Shown here in pieces: positions 19,870 to 29,126 of a stretch of 46,896 nucleotides of DNA; position 1 is the first letter of the stretch; every line of letters begins with the position of its first letter. Source of the stretch: Candidatus Bathyarchaeia archaeon (GTDB taxonomy: Archaea; Thermoproteota; Bathyarchaeia; Bathyarchaeales; Bathycorpusculaceae); assembly GCA_050012755.1 (NCBI GenBank), contig JBEKGO010000019.1, positions 1-46,896 of the forward strand, in the 5' to 3' direction. Under the pieces are notes generated by a model that ran no database searches, was not told the origin of the DNA, and saw only the letters and a program-made list of their open reading frames with translations. The translations under genes were made by a program, and so were the position numbers.

Positions 19870-21252
19870 CTAAGCCTTCAAATGTTCACGTTTCAAAATT
19901 TCTCTTGCAACAATTATGCCTGAGGCTGATGCTTGAATTAAACCCCGTGTAACTCCAGCGCCGTCGCCGATGGTGAACATGTTTTGGATTTTAGTTTCTA
20001 GTGCATTGTTCAGTTGCAGGTGTGAAGAGTAGAATTTGACTTCTATGCCGTAGAGTAGTGTGTCTCTTGAGTGGATTCCAGGCGCTATCGTATCTAAGGC
20101 TTGAAGCATCTCACGTATGTCTGATAAGTAACGGTAGGGCAAAACGAAACTTAAGTCGCCTGGTGTAGCATTCTTCAATGTTGGAACAACTACGCTTCTC
20201 GCTAAGCGTTCAGGTGTTGAGCGTCGCCCCACAACTAAATCGCCTAATCTCTGAACCATCACCCCTCCACTTAAGAGATTTGAAAGCCTAGCAACATATT
20301 TGCCGTAAGCGATAGGCTCTTTGAAAGGCTCAGTAAAAGACGTGCTTACTAGAATCGCGAAGTTTGTGTTAGCAGTTCTCGTTTCAGCATGGCTTCCCCC
20401 GTTAACTGTTAAAACTCCGTCATAAGATTCTGTGGTGACTTCGCCGTATGGCGATACACAGAAAGTTCGGACTTGGTCATCGAACAGACGCGAGAAATAA
20501 ACCAATTTTGGCTCGTAAAGTACTTTGGTAAGATTTTCCATTACAGAAGCCAAAACTTCAACCCGCACGCCAATATCAACTGGATTGTTTATGGTTTTTA
20601 ATCCTCGAACTTGAGCCTCTGTTTGAAGCCATTCTGCTCCACTTCTGCCAGGAGCAATTATGACATATTTCCCAAGAAATTTCTCGCCATTAACAGTCTC
20701 AACGCCTTGAACGGTGTGGTTTTCGGTGATAAGCCCTTTCACGTCTGTTTTTGGCATAAAAGTGATTTTGTCGTTGAGTGCTTTGCGCATTCTATGTAGA
20801 GTTTCTAGGCATTTTTCTGTGCCCATGTGGCGAACTTCTTGTCTGATAAGTTTTAAACCGGCAAGTGAAGCTTGGCGTTCAATTTCATCTACTTTTTCGT
20901 TGTCTCCGCCGTAAACTTTGTCGCTTGCCCCGAATTTGATGTAGATACTATCCACGTATTTTACTAACTCTTGGAGCTCTTTGGTTGAGACGTATTGGTT
21001 TAGCCAACCACCAACTTCTGTTGACAGGGTTAGTTTTCCATCACTGTAAGCACCTGCTCCACCCCAACCTGAAAGTACTGAGCATGGTTCACAATGGACA
21101 CATTCGAACCCTCGGCTGGATGGACATTTGCGTTTATCAATGTCGGGTCCTCTGTCCACTATTAGGACGTTGAGGTTTGTTTTTTCGGTTAATTCGAGCG
21201 CTGAAAAGATGCCGGCTGGTCCTGCCCCCACGATTATTACGTCATATTTCAT
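19870..21252 (-). CDS. FAD-dependent oxidoreductase (COG2509-type)
   Basis: YDVIIVGAGPAG, Cys cluster, GWGGAGAYSDGKL, GDGAGVTRGL; ATG at 21252. Confidence 0.9.
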   Translation of the reverse strand: MKYDVIIVGAGPAGIFSALELTEKTNLNVLIVDRGPDIDKRKCPSSRGFECVHCEPCSVLSGWGGAGAYSDGKLTLSTEVGGWLNQYVSTKELQELVKYVDSIYIKFGASDKVYGGDNEKVDEIERQASLAGLKLIRQEVRHMGTEKCLETLHRMRKALNDKITFMPKTDVKGLITENHTVQGVETVNGEKFLGKYVIIAPGRSGAEWLQTEAQVRGLKTINNPVDIGVRVEVLASVMENLTKVLYEPKLVYFSRLFDDQVRTFCVSPYGEVTTESYDGVLTVNGGSHAETRTANTNFAILVSTSFTEPFKEPIAYGKYVARLSNLLSGGVMVQRLGDLVVGRRSTPERLARSVVVPTLKNATPGDLSFVLPYRYLSDIREMLQALDTIAPGIHSRDTLLYGIEVKFYSSHLQLNNALETKIQNMFTIGDGAGVTRGLIQASASGIIVAREILKREHLKA

Positions 21253-21418
21253 AGGTACTGCTTCCCGGGAACCCAGAATTAGATGCAATAGGTAAGATAT
21301 ATTTGTTGGTGCAAAAAAAGGATTAGGCTGTTTGGGCTTATCGAATAGGTATTTCCAAGATATATCTAAATAACATTTATAATCTATAAAACACGATTAA
21401 AACACGAAGAAAAACAAC

Positions 21419-21904
21419 ATGCCAAACAAAGAACCCGAAAATATTGATGAATTAATCTCTGACTTCTCACGCTTTTACATACTCACCATACTATACGAAG
21501 GACCCGCATATGGGTACAGCATAATAAGCAGATTCAAAAAAAGAGTCAAAAAAGAAGTAAGCCCAAGCCTAGTATACCCCTTCCTCCAACAACTAGAGCA
21601 AAAAGGCTTAGTTACACACACAAAGAAACCAGTAGGCGAAAAAGAAAGAAAAGTTTTTGAACTAACACAATCAGGAAGAGAATTATGCACTGACCTTTTC
21701 AAACGCTTCGCAGAACTAGTATCAATCGCTATTGAACCAAGCCTCTACATTTGCGCTCACTGCGGATGCAAAGTTTACGAGGGCGCCTACCGAGAAGTTA
21801 TCGATAGCAAAGAAACAGCGTTCTGCTGCATACATTGCGCTCGCTCCTACAAGGAAGCAAAAAAGTTGGCTAAACAACTAAGTGGGGCTAACAAACAAGC
21901 ATAA
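21419..21904 (+). CDS. PadR-family regulator with C-terminal Cys-rich (TRASH-like) metal-binding domain
   Basis: YGYSII...SLVYPFLQQLEQKGLV...RKVFELTQSG; CAHCGC...FCCIHC. Confidence 0.88.
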   Translation: MPNKEPENIDELISDFSRFYILTILYEGPAYGYSIISRFKKRVKKEVSPSLVYPFLQQLEQKGLVTHTKKPVGEKERKVFELTQSGRELCTDLFKRFAELVSIAIEPSLYICAHCGCKVYEGAYREVIDSKETAFCCIHCARSYKEAKKLAKQLSGANKQA

Positions 21905-21947
21905 TATAGTGTGAAGCTTGAAAAATAGAAATTAATGTTGAATGTTA

Positions 21948-22226
21948 CTAATCTTTTATAGCTTCAATAAAACTCATGACATTCCAAAGTTTAACCCGTG
22001 TGTAAGCAGGCATATTTGGGTCTTGAAGAATTTCATCAAGAAGCGAAACAGCGTTTGAAGCACGCACTGCAACTGTAAATTCGCCGCTTTGCAGGGTGTT
22101 CATAGCGTCTTTTGCTGAGCGTCTAATGTTTCTTGGCGTTGTGCTGTCCTCAGAAACTTCTGCAAGCACCGTTAACGCTTGTTGAATTTTTGCTTCGTAT
22201 TCTTCAGCTTTTTTCTTTCGAACCAT
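21948..22226 (-). CDS. UPF0147 family protein
   Basis: DSTTPRNIRRSA, LDEILQDPNMPAYTRVKLW. Confidence 0.9.
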   Translation of the reverse strand: MVRKKKAEEYEAKIQQALTVLAEVSEDSTTPRNIRRSAKDAMNTLQSGEFTVAVRASNAVSLLDEILQDPNMPAYTRVKLWNVMSFIEAIKD

Positions 22227-22302
22227 AAATACACACCTAACTGAAATTCACGCAGTAACCCAGTTATATAAGTATTGATACGTATTTACTTTGGGGTTCT
22301 GT

Positions 22303-22668
22303 ATGGAAGAAAAAAAAGAAATCACACCTATCAAGCGTATGGCTGATTTGTTAATGAAGGGCGCCACTTTAACCGATTTATCCTGCCCTGTTTGTGGTTC
22401 ACCGCTTTTCAGATTGCAAGATGGCACTTTGTGGTGTGAAAAGGATGAAAAGAAAGTGATAGTAGTTAAAGAAGGCGAAGAACCAACTAAACCCTCAGGT
22501 GTCGGCACAGTATACGATAAATTAGAAGCAACACTTTTAGCGAAGATACAAGATATACAGGGCAAAATTGAAAAAACCGAAAATGTCGACGAATTGCAAA
22601 AGCTTACTGGCGCATTATCGGAATTGCTAACCAGTCTTGATAAAACACAGAAAATGAAAAAATGCTGA
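22303..22668 (+). CDS. UPF0148 / autoantigen p27 family Zn-ribbon protein
   Basis: MADLLMKGATL...CPVCGSPLF...C; divergent from UPF0147 as in other archaea. Confidence 0.85.
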   Translation: MEEKKEITPIKRMADLLMKGATLTDLSCPVCGSPLFRLQDGTLWCEKDEKKVIVVKEGEEPTKPSGVGTVYDKLEATLLAKIQDIQGKIEKTENVDELQKLTGALSELLTSLDKTQKMKKC

Positions 22669-23189
22669 GCTCGAACCTTTTGACCCTTGGATTTTATGAA
22701 AACTTCCCTTTACGGATTCACTGGATTGAAAAGTTTACCTCAAATCTTCCTGCCAGACAACTTCAACAAAAACTCATACAAATTTTTTATGAAATAAATA
22801 AAAAAGAATTAAGCTTTGAAGAGGTCACAAACCCAACAATTCCAGATTGTAAAGTAATTTTTGAGTTCGGTTTGGCTGATTCTGAATGCTTCAGCTACAT
22901 TGATAATGAAGAAGAGAAAGAAGCAATTGACCTGATCGGTAAAGAGCTTCTGCATACAATTGATTTCTTCTGTGGAATACGTTACTACAAGGGCAAAACA
23001 GAGAAGAAGGTACCGTTAAAGTTTGATTATTACCTTCTTCGCACGATATATGACAAAGGCACTTTTGAAGTCAATATTCATCACGAAAGGGGGCCAAGAT
23101 ACATTTCTCCTCAAGATCTAACACAGTTAATCTTTAAAGAAATAAATGAGAATTCAACAAAGAAAGTTTTGAAAAAAATAAAAACTTAG
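22662..23189 (+). CDS. Hypothetical protein
   Basis: 175-aa ORF overlapping the upstream stop; PLKFDYY and ERGPRY motifs; no family recognised. Confidence 0.65.
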   Translation: MLSSNLLTLGFYENFPLRIHWIEKFTSNLPARQLQQKLIQIFYEINKKELSFEEVTNPTIPDCKVIFEFGLADSECFSYIDNEEEKEAIDLIGKELLHTIDFFCGIRYYKGKTEKKVPLKFDYYLLRTIYDKGTFEVNIHHERGPRYISPQDLTQLIFKEINENSTKKVLKKIKT

Positions 23190-23326
23190 TAATTCACATA
23201 ACATTTAGAAAATAAATAGAAAATGCTCAATCTATAGCCGAAAGTTATATTTCTCACAAAAAGTAAATTCGTAAAAGCATAAGCTAAAAGCGCACACTCC
23301 GGAAATTGTCAGGTAATAGGAGTTAA

Positions 23327-24295
23327 ATGTCATTGATTCCAATTGAAGTTTCATCCCTAAAAAAGTACTATGGAAACTTGAAAGCTGTAGACGACATTTC
23401 ATTCCAAGTTAACCAAGGCGAAGTCTTCGGTCTTTTGGGTCCAAACGGCGCAGGCAAAACCACAACAATCGAAATTCTGGAAGGTCTGCGTGAAAAGGAC
23501 GGTGGAGAAGTTAAGGTTCTAGGTCTTGATCCATGGAAAAACGGTTATGAACTCCATAAGAAAATAGGTGTCATACCTCAAGAGTTTAATTTTTTTGAAA
23601 AAATAAGACCTCGAGAAGCAATAAAATATTATGCCGATCTCTTCAATGTCGATGTTGATCCAGACGAGATTTTAAAAGAAGTTTTGCTGGAAGACTCAGC
23701 CAAAACCAATTTTGATAACCTATCCGGAGGACAAAAACAAAAAACAGGGCTTGCGCTTGCACTTGTAAACACGCCTGAAATGCTCTTTCTTGATGAACCT
23801 ACCACTGGATTAGACCCAAACGCTCGAAGAGCAATCTGGGAAGTCATACGTGGATTAAAAGCAAAAGGCAAAACAATCATTCTGACAACACATTACTTAG
23901 ATGAGGCACAGCAGTTGTCCGATAGAGTAGCTATCATGGATCACGGACACATAGTTGCCATGGGTACCTCCGACGAAATCATAGCGCAGCACGGTTCGGG
24001 AGAGAGACTTGAAATCCACGGATCCGAAGAGCTGGCTAAGTACATTAAAGCAAACACCGACTTGCATGTCGATTATGACGCCGCCAGAGAAGTAATTAGC
24101 ATACCAATTAAACAAAAAATTGATGCGCTCGCAGCCTTAGCAGCGGCTGAACAGTCAAAAATGGACTGGGGAGACATCCAGACACGCCGTGACAGTTTAG
24201 ACGATGTTTTTGTCAAGCTTGTTAGCGGAAAAGTAAACGAGCATGGAGAAATCATCGATGGATATGTGCATAAGGAGGGAATGAAAGATGCCTAG
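23327..24295 (+). CDS. ABC-2 type exporter ATP-binding subunit
   Basis: GPNGAGKTT, LSGGQ, LFLDEPTTGLD, TTHY. Confidence 0.95.
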   Translation: MSLIPIEVSSLKKYYGNLKAVDDISFQVNQGEVFGLLGPNGAGKTTTIEILEGLREKDGGEVKVLGLDPWKNGYELHKKIGVIPQEFNFFEKIRPREAIKYYADLFNVDVDPDEILKEVLLEDSAKTNFDNLSGGQKQKTGLALALVNTPEMLFLDEPTTGLDPNARRAIWEVIRGLKAKGKTIILTTHYLDEAQQLSDRVAIMDHGHIVAMGTSDEIIAQHGSGERLEIHGSEELAKYIKANTDLHVDYDAAREVISIPIKQKIDALAALAAAEQSKMDWGDIQTRRDSLDDVFVKLVSGKVNEHGEIIDGYVHKEGMKDA

Positions 24296-25421
24296 TGGGA
24301 AAAGAATATTTTCAGATTTCAAAGTGTTCAGCCGTGGATACCTAAGAAACTTGTTCGGACTTTTCTTCGGTTTAGTATTTCCAGTAATTCTAATCGTGAT
24401 TTTCGGCGCAATTTTTTCGGGAAGCGGTTCTGGAACACTCAATGTTTATGCTCAAAATCATGACACTGGTCCCTTCGCCGTACCACAAATGGATATGTCC
24501 TCTCAATTCTTGTCAGCTCTGAACAATTCAGGCACAATCAAAGTTATAACAGTAAACGCTACTCAGGACTTTCCAAAATATTTGGCAGATCATTCAACAT
24601 CTGATGGCATTGTTATTCCAGAAAACTTCTCTGCCAACTATTTAGCGGGCAGAGCCGTGAACATAACAGTCTACGGTAATCCAGCATCAAGCACAAGTGG
24701 CATCGTAAGTGGAACCGTTAATGGATATGCAAATTATTTCAACTTACAATATTTCCGGCAAAAATATAATGACACCACACCAGCAATCATAAGAATATCA
24801 CCAGCAACAGTCAACACTCAGCAGACAAAATACGTTGATTTCCTAATTCCTGGACTGATTGGCTTTAGCATACTTGTTAACCCAATGTTCTCGCTCGTAA
24901 ACATATCCTCGGATTACAAGAAGACAAAATTGTTTAAGCAACTCTCTTTGACGCCACTTACTAAAATGGAGTGGCTAACGTCTAAAGTGTTATGGTACAT
25001 TGTTTTGAGTGTCATCAGCTTTGTTCTCATGGTAGCCGTAGGTGTCTTGGCTTGGGGTGCACATGTAACTTTAACGGTTTGGCTTATACCGTTCCTAATT
25101 ATTGGTCCAATGCTTTTCGCTTCGCTGGGAATGCTTGTGGGCACAGTAACAAAGAATCCTGAAACGGCAGGTGTAATAGGCAACATAGTGACGTTTCCAA
25201 TGATGTTTCTCTCGGGCACATTTTTTCCCATCAGCATCATGCCAACCTACCTACAGACCATTGCTCACGTGCTACCGTTATTCTACATCATTGAGGGCTT
25301 AAACAACGTCATGGTTTATGGGAACATCATGGGAGCACTAATTGACCTAGCAGTCGTCGCGGTGATAACAGCCGTAATCTTTACTGCTGCAATTAAACTG
25401 TTCAAGTGGAGAGAAGACTAA
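24288..25421 (+). CDS. ABC-2 type exporter permease
   Basis: N-terminal TM, extracytoplasmic loop, five further TMs, PMMFLSGTFFP. Confidence 0.92.
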   Translation: MPSGKRIFSDFKVFSRGYLRNLFGLFFGLVFPVILIVIFGAIFSGSGSGTLNVYAQNHDTGPFAVPQMDMSSQFLSALNNSGTIKVITVNATQDFPKYLADHSTSDGIVIPENFSANYLAGRAVNITVYGNPASSTSGIVSGTVNGYANYFNLQYFRQKYNDTTPAIIRISPATVNTQQTKYVDFLIPGLIGFSILVNPMFSLVNISSDYKKTKLFKQLSLTPLTKMEWLTSKVLWYIVLSVISFVLMVAVGVLAWGAHVTLTVWLIPFLIIGPMLFASLGMLVGTVTKNPETAGVIGNIVTFPMMFLSGTFFPISIMPTYLQTIAHVLPLFYIIEGLNNVMVYGNIMGALIDLAVVAVITAVIFTAAIKLFKWRED

Positions 25422-25445
25422 AACACAACCGATTTTTTTCAAAAA

Positions 25446-26045
25446 TTACTTGACCGTGCTTAGTAGACTCAAAACTTTCGAGTACAACCCCTCCGCCACA
25501 TCGTCCTTTGGCCTGTCACCATCAATAAGTATGAGCTCACCTTTCGCAACATACTGCATGTAGATTTCTCTAACTTTTTGCTGAGTTTCCAAAGTTTCCA
25601 TAACTGACTTCTTTCTTTGCAAACGCTCAAGCACACGTTCTGGGGGCACATCAATAAAGATGCTGAAGTCAGGCTGCAAAGCACGAGAATTAATAGTTTT
25701 AATCCAATCCAAGCTAAGACCAGTGCTGCCTTGGTAGGCCAAAGACGAGAATATGTAGCGGTCGCAAATTACTATTTTATCTTCGGCTAAAGCGGGAGCT
25801 ATCTCATTTTGAATGTGCTCAATTCGGTCTGCCGCAAATAACAATGCTTCCGCTTCTATTGGAAGACGTTTTTCTTCATAGAGACAGCCTTCTCGTATGA
25901 AAGTACCGATTTTACCATCGCTGGGTTCGGCTGTGCAAAATACCTTGTGAGTTTTTTGGAGCTTTTTAGTCAGTAAGTTTGCTTGTGTTGTTTTCCCGCT
26001 TCCGTCTAAGCCTTCAACACAGATGAAAATGCCCTTTCTACTCAT
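25446..26045 (-). CDS. tmk: Thymidylate kinase
   Basis: FICVEGLDGSGKTTQ, LLFAADR, DRYIFSSLAYQG. Confidence 0.95.
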   Translation of the reverse strand: MSRKGIFICVEGLDGSGKTTQANLLTKKLQKTHKVFCTAEPSDGKIGTFIREGCLYEEKRLPIEAEALLFAADRIEHIQNEIAPALAEDKIVICDRYIFSSLAYQGSTGLSLDWIKTINSRALQPDFSIFIDVPPERVLERLQRKKSVMETLETQQKVREIYMQYVAKGELILIDGDRPKDDVAEGLYSKVLSLLSTVK

Positions 26046-26116
26046 GTTATTCAACTCGGCAAGTCAGCGTTACACATTATAGGGAGGCACATAAATATAA
26101 CTTACAACTGCGAGGC

Positions 26117-27403
26117 TTGCTTGTGCCAAAGGCTTACTGGGGAGAAATAAAAGATCCCGTACACGGATACGTGTACATTACTGAAGCAGAAAAAAACATC
26201 ATTGATTCCTATCCAATGCAGCGGTTAAGGCGGTTGCGGCAACTTGCCGGTTCAGAATATGTTTATCCAGGAGCAAATCACACGCGCTTTGAACACTGCG
26301 TTGGTGTTATGTATTTATCAGGTAAAGTCTTGGAAAATCCATACATTTCACGTGTTGTAAGCGATGAAGAAGTGAATGTATGCAGAATCTCAGCGTTGCT
26401 CCATGATGCTGGACATGGACCTTTCTCACATGTTTTTGAACAATTACTCATAAAAGATTTAGAAAAAACACATGAAGACATTACTTCATGGATTGTTCAG
26501 AAAAGCGAAGTCGCTGATAAACTGTCGAAAATGGGTTTTGATCCTAAAGAAGTCGGTGAACTTGCCGTTGGAAAACTGCATAAGCCGGGTAAAGCATTTC
26601 TTGACCAGATAATAAGCAGCGCCGTGGACGTTGATAAACAAGATTTTATCGTTCGAGATACCTATCACACCGGCGCTGAATATGGTTTCATCGATGTTTT
26701 CCGCCTGATTCATGCGCTTGATGTTTTAGGCGAAAATTTAGCCGTAGAACTCGGCGCGTTATCTGCGCTTGAAGCTTTCATGATTGCCAGAATTGAATCG
26801 TTTAAGAGCATTTACTTCCACCGTGTCGGCAGAGCAGCGCAGATTATGCTTGCAACCGCTATGGAAAAGGCAAACAGCGAATTAGGATTGACAGCTTTTA
26901 AGACACCTGAAGAGTATTTGGCGCTTGATGATTATACTGTTTGGTCAGCCCTCAAAAAGTGTGAGGCATCAAAAGGAATAATTGCTAACTTAGAAAGCAG
27001 GAAAATGTTAAAATGCGCTTATGAACGAACCTTTTACGAAAAAGACACTATGATATCCAACATTTTTGGTCGGGAATCATATAGGCGTCAAATGCAAAGT
27101 GAAATTGCCAAAGAAGCGGGCGTGGGCATTGAATCGGTGATTATTGATGTGCCCACTGTGCCATCTGTACCTTATCATCATGCAGTTCTGATGGAATCTA
27201 TGGAAATTCCAGTCTTTACAAGAAACCAGGCAGGCGACAAGACACCGCAACGGCTTAGTGAGATTTCAAAGATTTTTGAAACACTCAAAGGGTTCATGAA
27301 CATACTTCGAGTATACACTGAAGCAGTCGACCGCGATCAAGTTGAGAAAGCAACAGCGAAAATCTTAGGTAAGATTCCGTCCGCCGCTAAAATTTCCTTT
27401 TAA
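26117..27403 (+). CDS. HD-domain dNTP triphosphohydrolase (SAMHD1/dGTPase-like, COG1078)
   Basis: DPVHGY, QRLRRLRQL, HTRFEH, LLHDAGHGPFSH, DVDKQDFIVRD, IYFH. Confidence 0.9.
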   Translation: MLVPKAYWGEIKDPVHGYVYITEAEKNIIDSYPMQRLRRLRQLAGSEYVYPGANHTRFEHCVGVMYLSGKVLENPYISRVVSDEEVNVCRISALLHDAGHGPFSHVFEQLLIKDLEKTHEDITSWIVQKSEVADKLSKMGFDPKEVGELAVGKLHKPGKAFLDQIISSAVDVDKQDFIVRDTYHTGAEYGFIDVFRLIHALDVLGENLAVELGALSALEAFMIARIESFKSIYFHRVGRAAQIMLATAMEKANSELGLTAFKTPEEYLALDDYTVWSALKKCEASKGIIANLESRKMLKCAYERTFYEKDTMISNIFGRESYRRQMQSEIAKEAGVGIESVIIDVPTVPSVPYHHAVLMESMEIPVFTRNQAGDKTPQRLSEISKIFETLKGFMNILRVYTEAVDRDQVEKATAKILGKIPSAAKISF

Positions 27404-27472
27404 TACTTTTTCTTAAATACTAGTCATGCTTAAGAACAAAAGTGGAAGCACCGAAAAGTCTGCGGAGGAAAA

Positions 27473-27994
27473 ATGCCGATGGATAATAACTCAGAAGAGA
27501 AGAAAATCATAAGTGTAAGGATCAAAAAGAAACCTGAATCCAAAACAGATCCAGCTATACTCTTTAGCCAAGCTGATATCCGAAAATTCGTTTTCGAATT
27601 TGTCGCTTCTTGGATAAGAGGAGATATCATAATCCGTTTCCCAACTGCTGCTGAATTAGCAAAGAAGACCCCTCTTAGTATTGCGTTTCCAACTGATCCG
27701 TCGGTGAATGCTGAACTGAAAATTAAAGAACATTATGTGGACTTGGCATCAGTGATCGCAGGGATAAAACCTGCTTCTGTAGATGAGCAAGAAAAAGCTA
27801 TTTCTGAAGTTTTCAAAATGTTAATGATGTTCCGATCGGGCAACAGAATAGAAGGTAAAATCCTTTCTAATGATCTGGAAAAAAGAATTGCGGAGCTAGA
27901 GAAAACAGTCGCAAACCAGAGTAAACTAGTTGATCAGATAACTGGATTTCTATTTAAGCCAAAGCCCTCAACTAAGAAAGCCCAAGCTAGCTAA
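27473..27994 (+). CDS. Hypothetical protein with C-terminal coiled coil
   Basis: GGAGG SD; LEKRIAELEKTV heptads; no family recognised. Confidence 0.65.
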   Translation: MPMDNNSEEKKIISVRIKKKPESKTDPAILFSQADIRKFVFEFVASWIRGDIIIRFPTAAELAKKTPLSIAFPTDPSVNAELKIKEHYVDLASVIAGIKPASVDEQEKAISEVFKMLMMFRSGNRIEGKILSNDLEKRIAELEKTVANQSKLVDQITGFLFKPKPSTKKAQAS

Positions 27995-28063
27995 AGGCTA
28001 ATTCTGGAAGGGTAAGGTTTATTCGAGGGAAAAAGCATTCTGCTTGATGCTTTTAGGAAAAGC

Positions 28064-28141
28064 GCTCCGGTAGTATAGTCCGGTCAAGTATGCCGGCCTT
28101 TCGAGTCGGCGACCCGGGTCCAAATCCCGGCCGGAGCACCA
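28064..28141 (+). tRNA. tRNA-Glu(TTC), CCA encoded
   Basis: GCTCCGG/CCGGAGC acceptor stem, CCGGC-CTTTCGA-GTCGG anticodon arm; T-loop reads TCCAAAT. Confidence 0.92.
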
Positions 28142-28143
28142 AC

Positions 28144-28383
28144 TTATTCTATCCTGTATGGTCCAGTATGAGTTTTTTCTGGGGTGCCATGCTCGTGTTC
28201 CATGTGCCTGTCGAGTTGAGTATGAGTCTTGAAAGCTTTTCCACATATTTTGCAGATTTCTTTTTCTGAACTTAGCCCCTCTATGGGTTCTTCATGCAGC
28301 GGTGGAGCTTTGGGAAGATCGGAGCGTGTTTTTGTTTGTTTACTGCTAAATGGATTACTTATAAAAACAGCACTTAAACACAA
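28144..28383 (-). CDS. Small C2H2 zinc-finger protein (start uncertain)
   Basis: CKICGKAFKTHTQLDRHMEHEH matches C-x2-C-x3-F-x5-L-x2-H-x4-H. Confidence 0.7.
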   Translation of the reverse strand: MCLSAVFISNPFSSKQTKTRSDLPKAPPLHEEPIEGLSSEKEICKICGKAFKTHTQLDRHMEHEHGTPEKTHTGPYRIE

Positions 28384-28425
28384 TTAGTGTTGGCGGTTTC
28401 ACTTATAGGTTAAGTTTGGGAGGTT

Positions 28426-29016
28426 CTAAGTTTTGGTTTTCGCAAGTATAAGCATCATAGACTTTACCCAGTAATCATGAACTTTCTTGTTTGGGATGCC
28501 GATGAGAAGTTTTGCTAGCGTGCCCATATACAATGCTGTAAAAAGTTCAGCCAACACGCGAGCATCAACATCTGTCCGCATAACTCCCTGCTTCTTTTTT
28601 TCCTCTACAAAAGCTTCAACTGCCCCAATGTCTTTTTGGTAATCTTCAAAAACTATTTTCCGAATTCTCTCGTCATGTGAAGATAGGGCTACAATTTCAA
28701 ATTGCGTGTGCAGATTGCCCTTGTACTTCTCTGTTATCATCGTGTAGACTCTTTCCAACGCCTCTTCTAGATTGCTGCAGGTGCCTGTTTCACTAAGTAT
28801 GGTTCTTAATATTTGATGACCATTGAGGCTGATTTCTTTTAGGAGGTCTTCTTTACTTCTGTAATAAGAGTAGAGGGCACCTTTGCTTACTCCAACTTCT
28901 TTGGCGACGTCATCCATTGTGGCGTCGTGATAGCCTTTTTTTGCGAAAACTATGCGGGCGGCTTCAACAATTTTGGATTTGGCTGCTTCTTTGTATTCTG
29001 GAACTACTTTGGGCAT
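28426..29016 (-). CDS. TetR/AcrR family regulator
   Basis: MPKV...ATMDDVAKEVGVSKGALYSYYRSKEDL; ATG at 29016. Confidence 0.93.
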   Translation of the reverse strand: MPKVVPEYKEAAKSKIVEAARIVFAKKGYHDATMDDVAKEVGVSKGALYSYYRSKEDLLKEISLNGHQILRTILSETGTCSNLEEALERVYTMITEKYKGNLHTQFEIVALSSHDERIRKIVFEDYQKDIGAVEAFVEEKKKQGVMRTDVDARVLAELFTALYMGTLAKLLIGIPNKKVHDYWVKSMMLILAKTKT

Positions 29017-29086
29017 TTCTAACCGCGTAATATTGATGTGTTTTACTTTAAAACTGTTGCTATTGGCGACGATAAGTATATTAATT

Positions 29087-29097
29087 GACTGATAGTC
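29087..29097. promoter_or_regulatory. Putative TetR operator GACT-N3-AGTC
   Basis: Palindrome just downstream of the TATA-like TATATTAA of the MFS gene, between divergent tetR and MFS. Confidence 0.45.
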
Positions 29098-29126
29098 GCT
29101 ATTTTGAAATACGAAGTGAAAATAAC

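Noticed and set aside
28019-28246. 75-aa minus-strand ORF
   Set aside because: Runs antisense through tRNA-Glu and is out of frame with the C2H2 finger ORF
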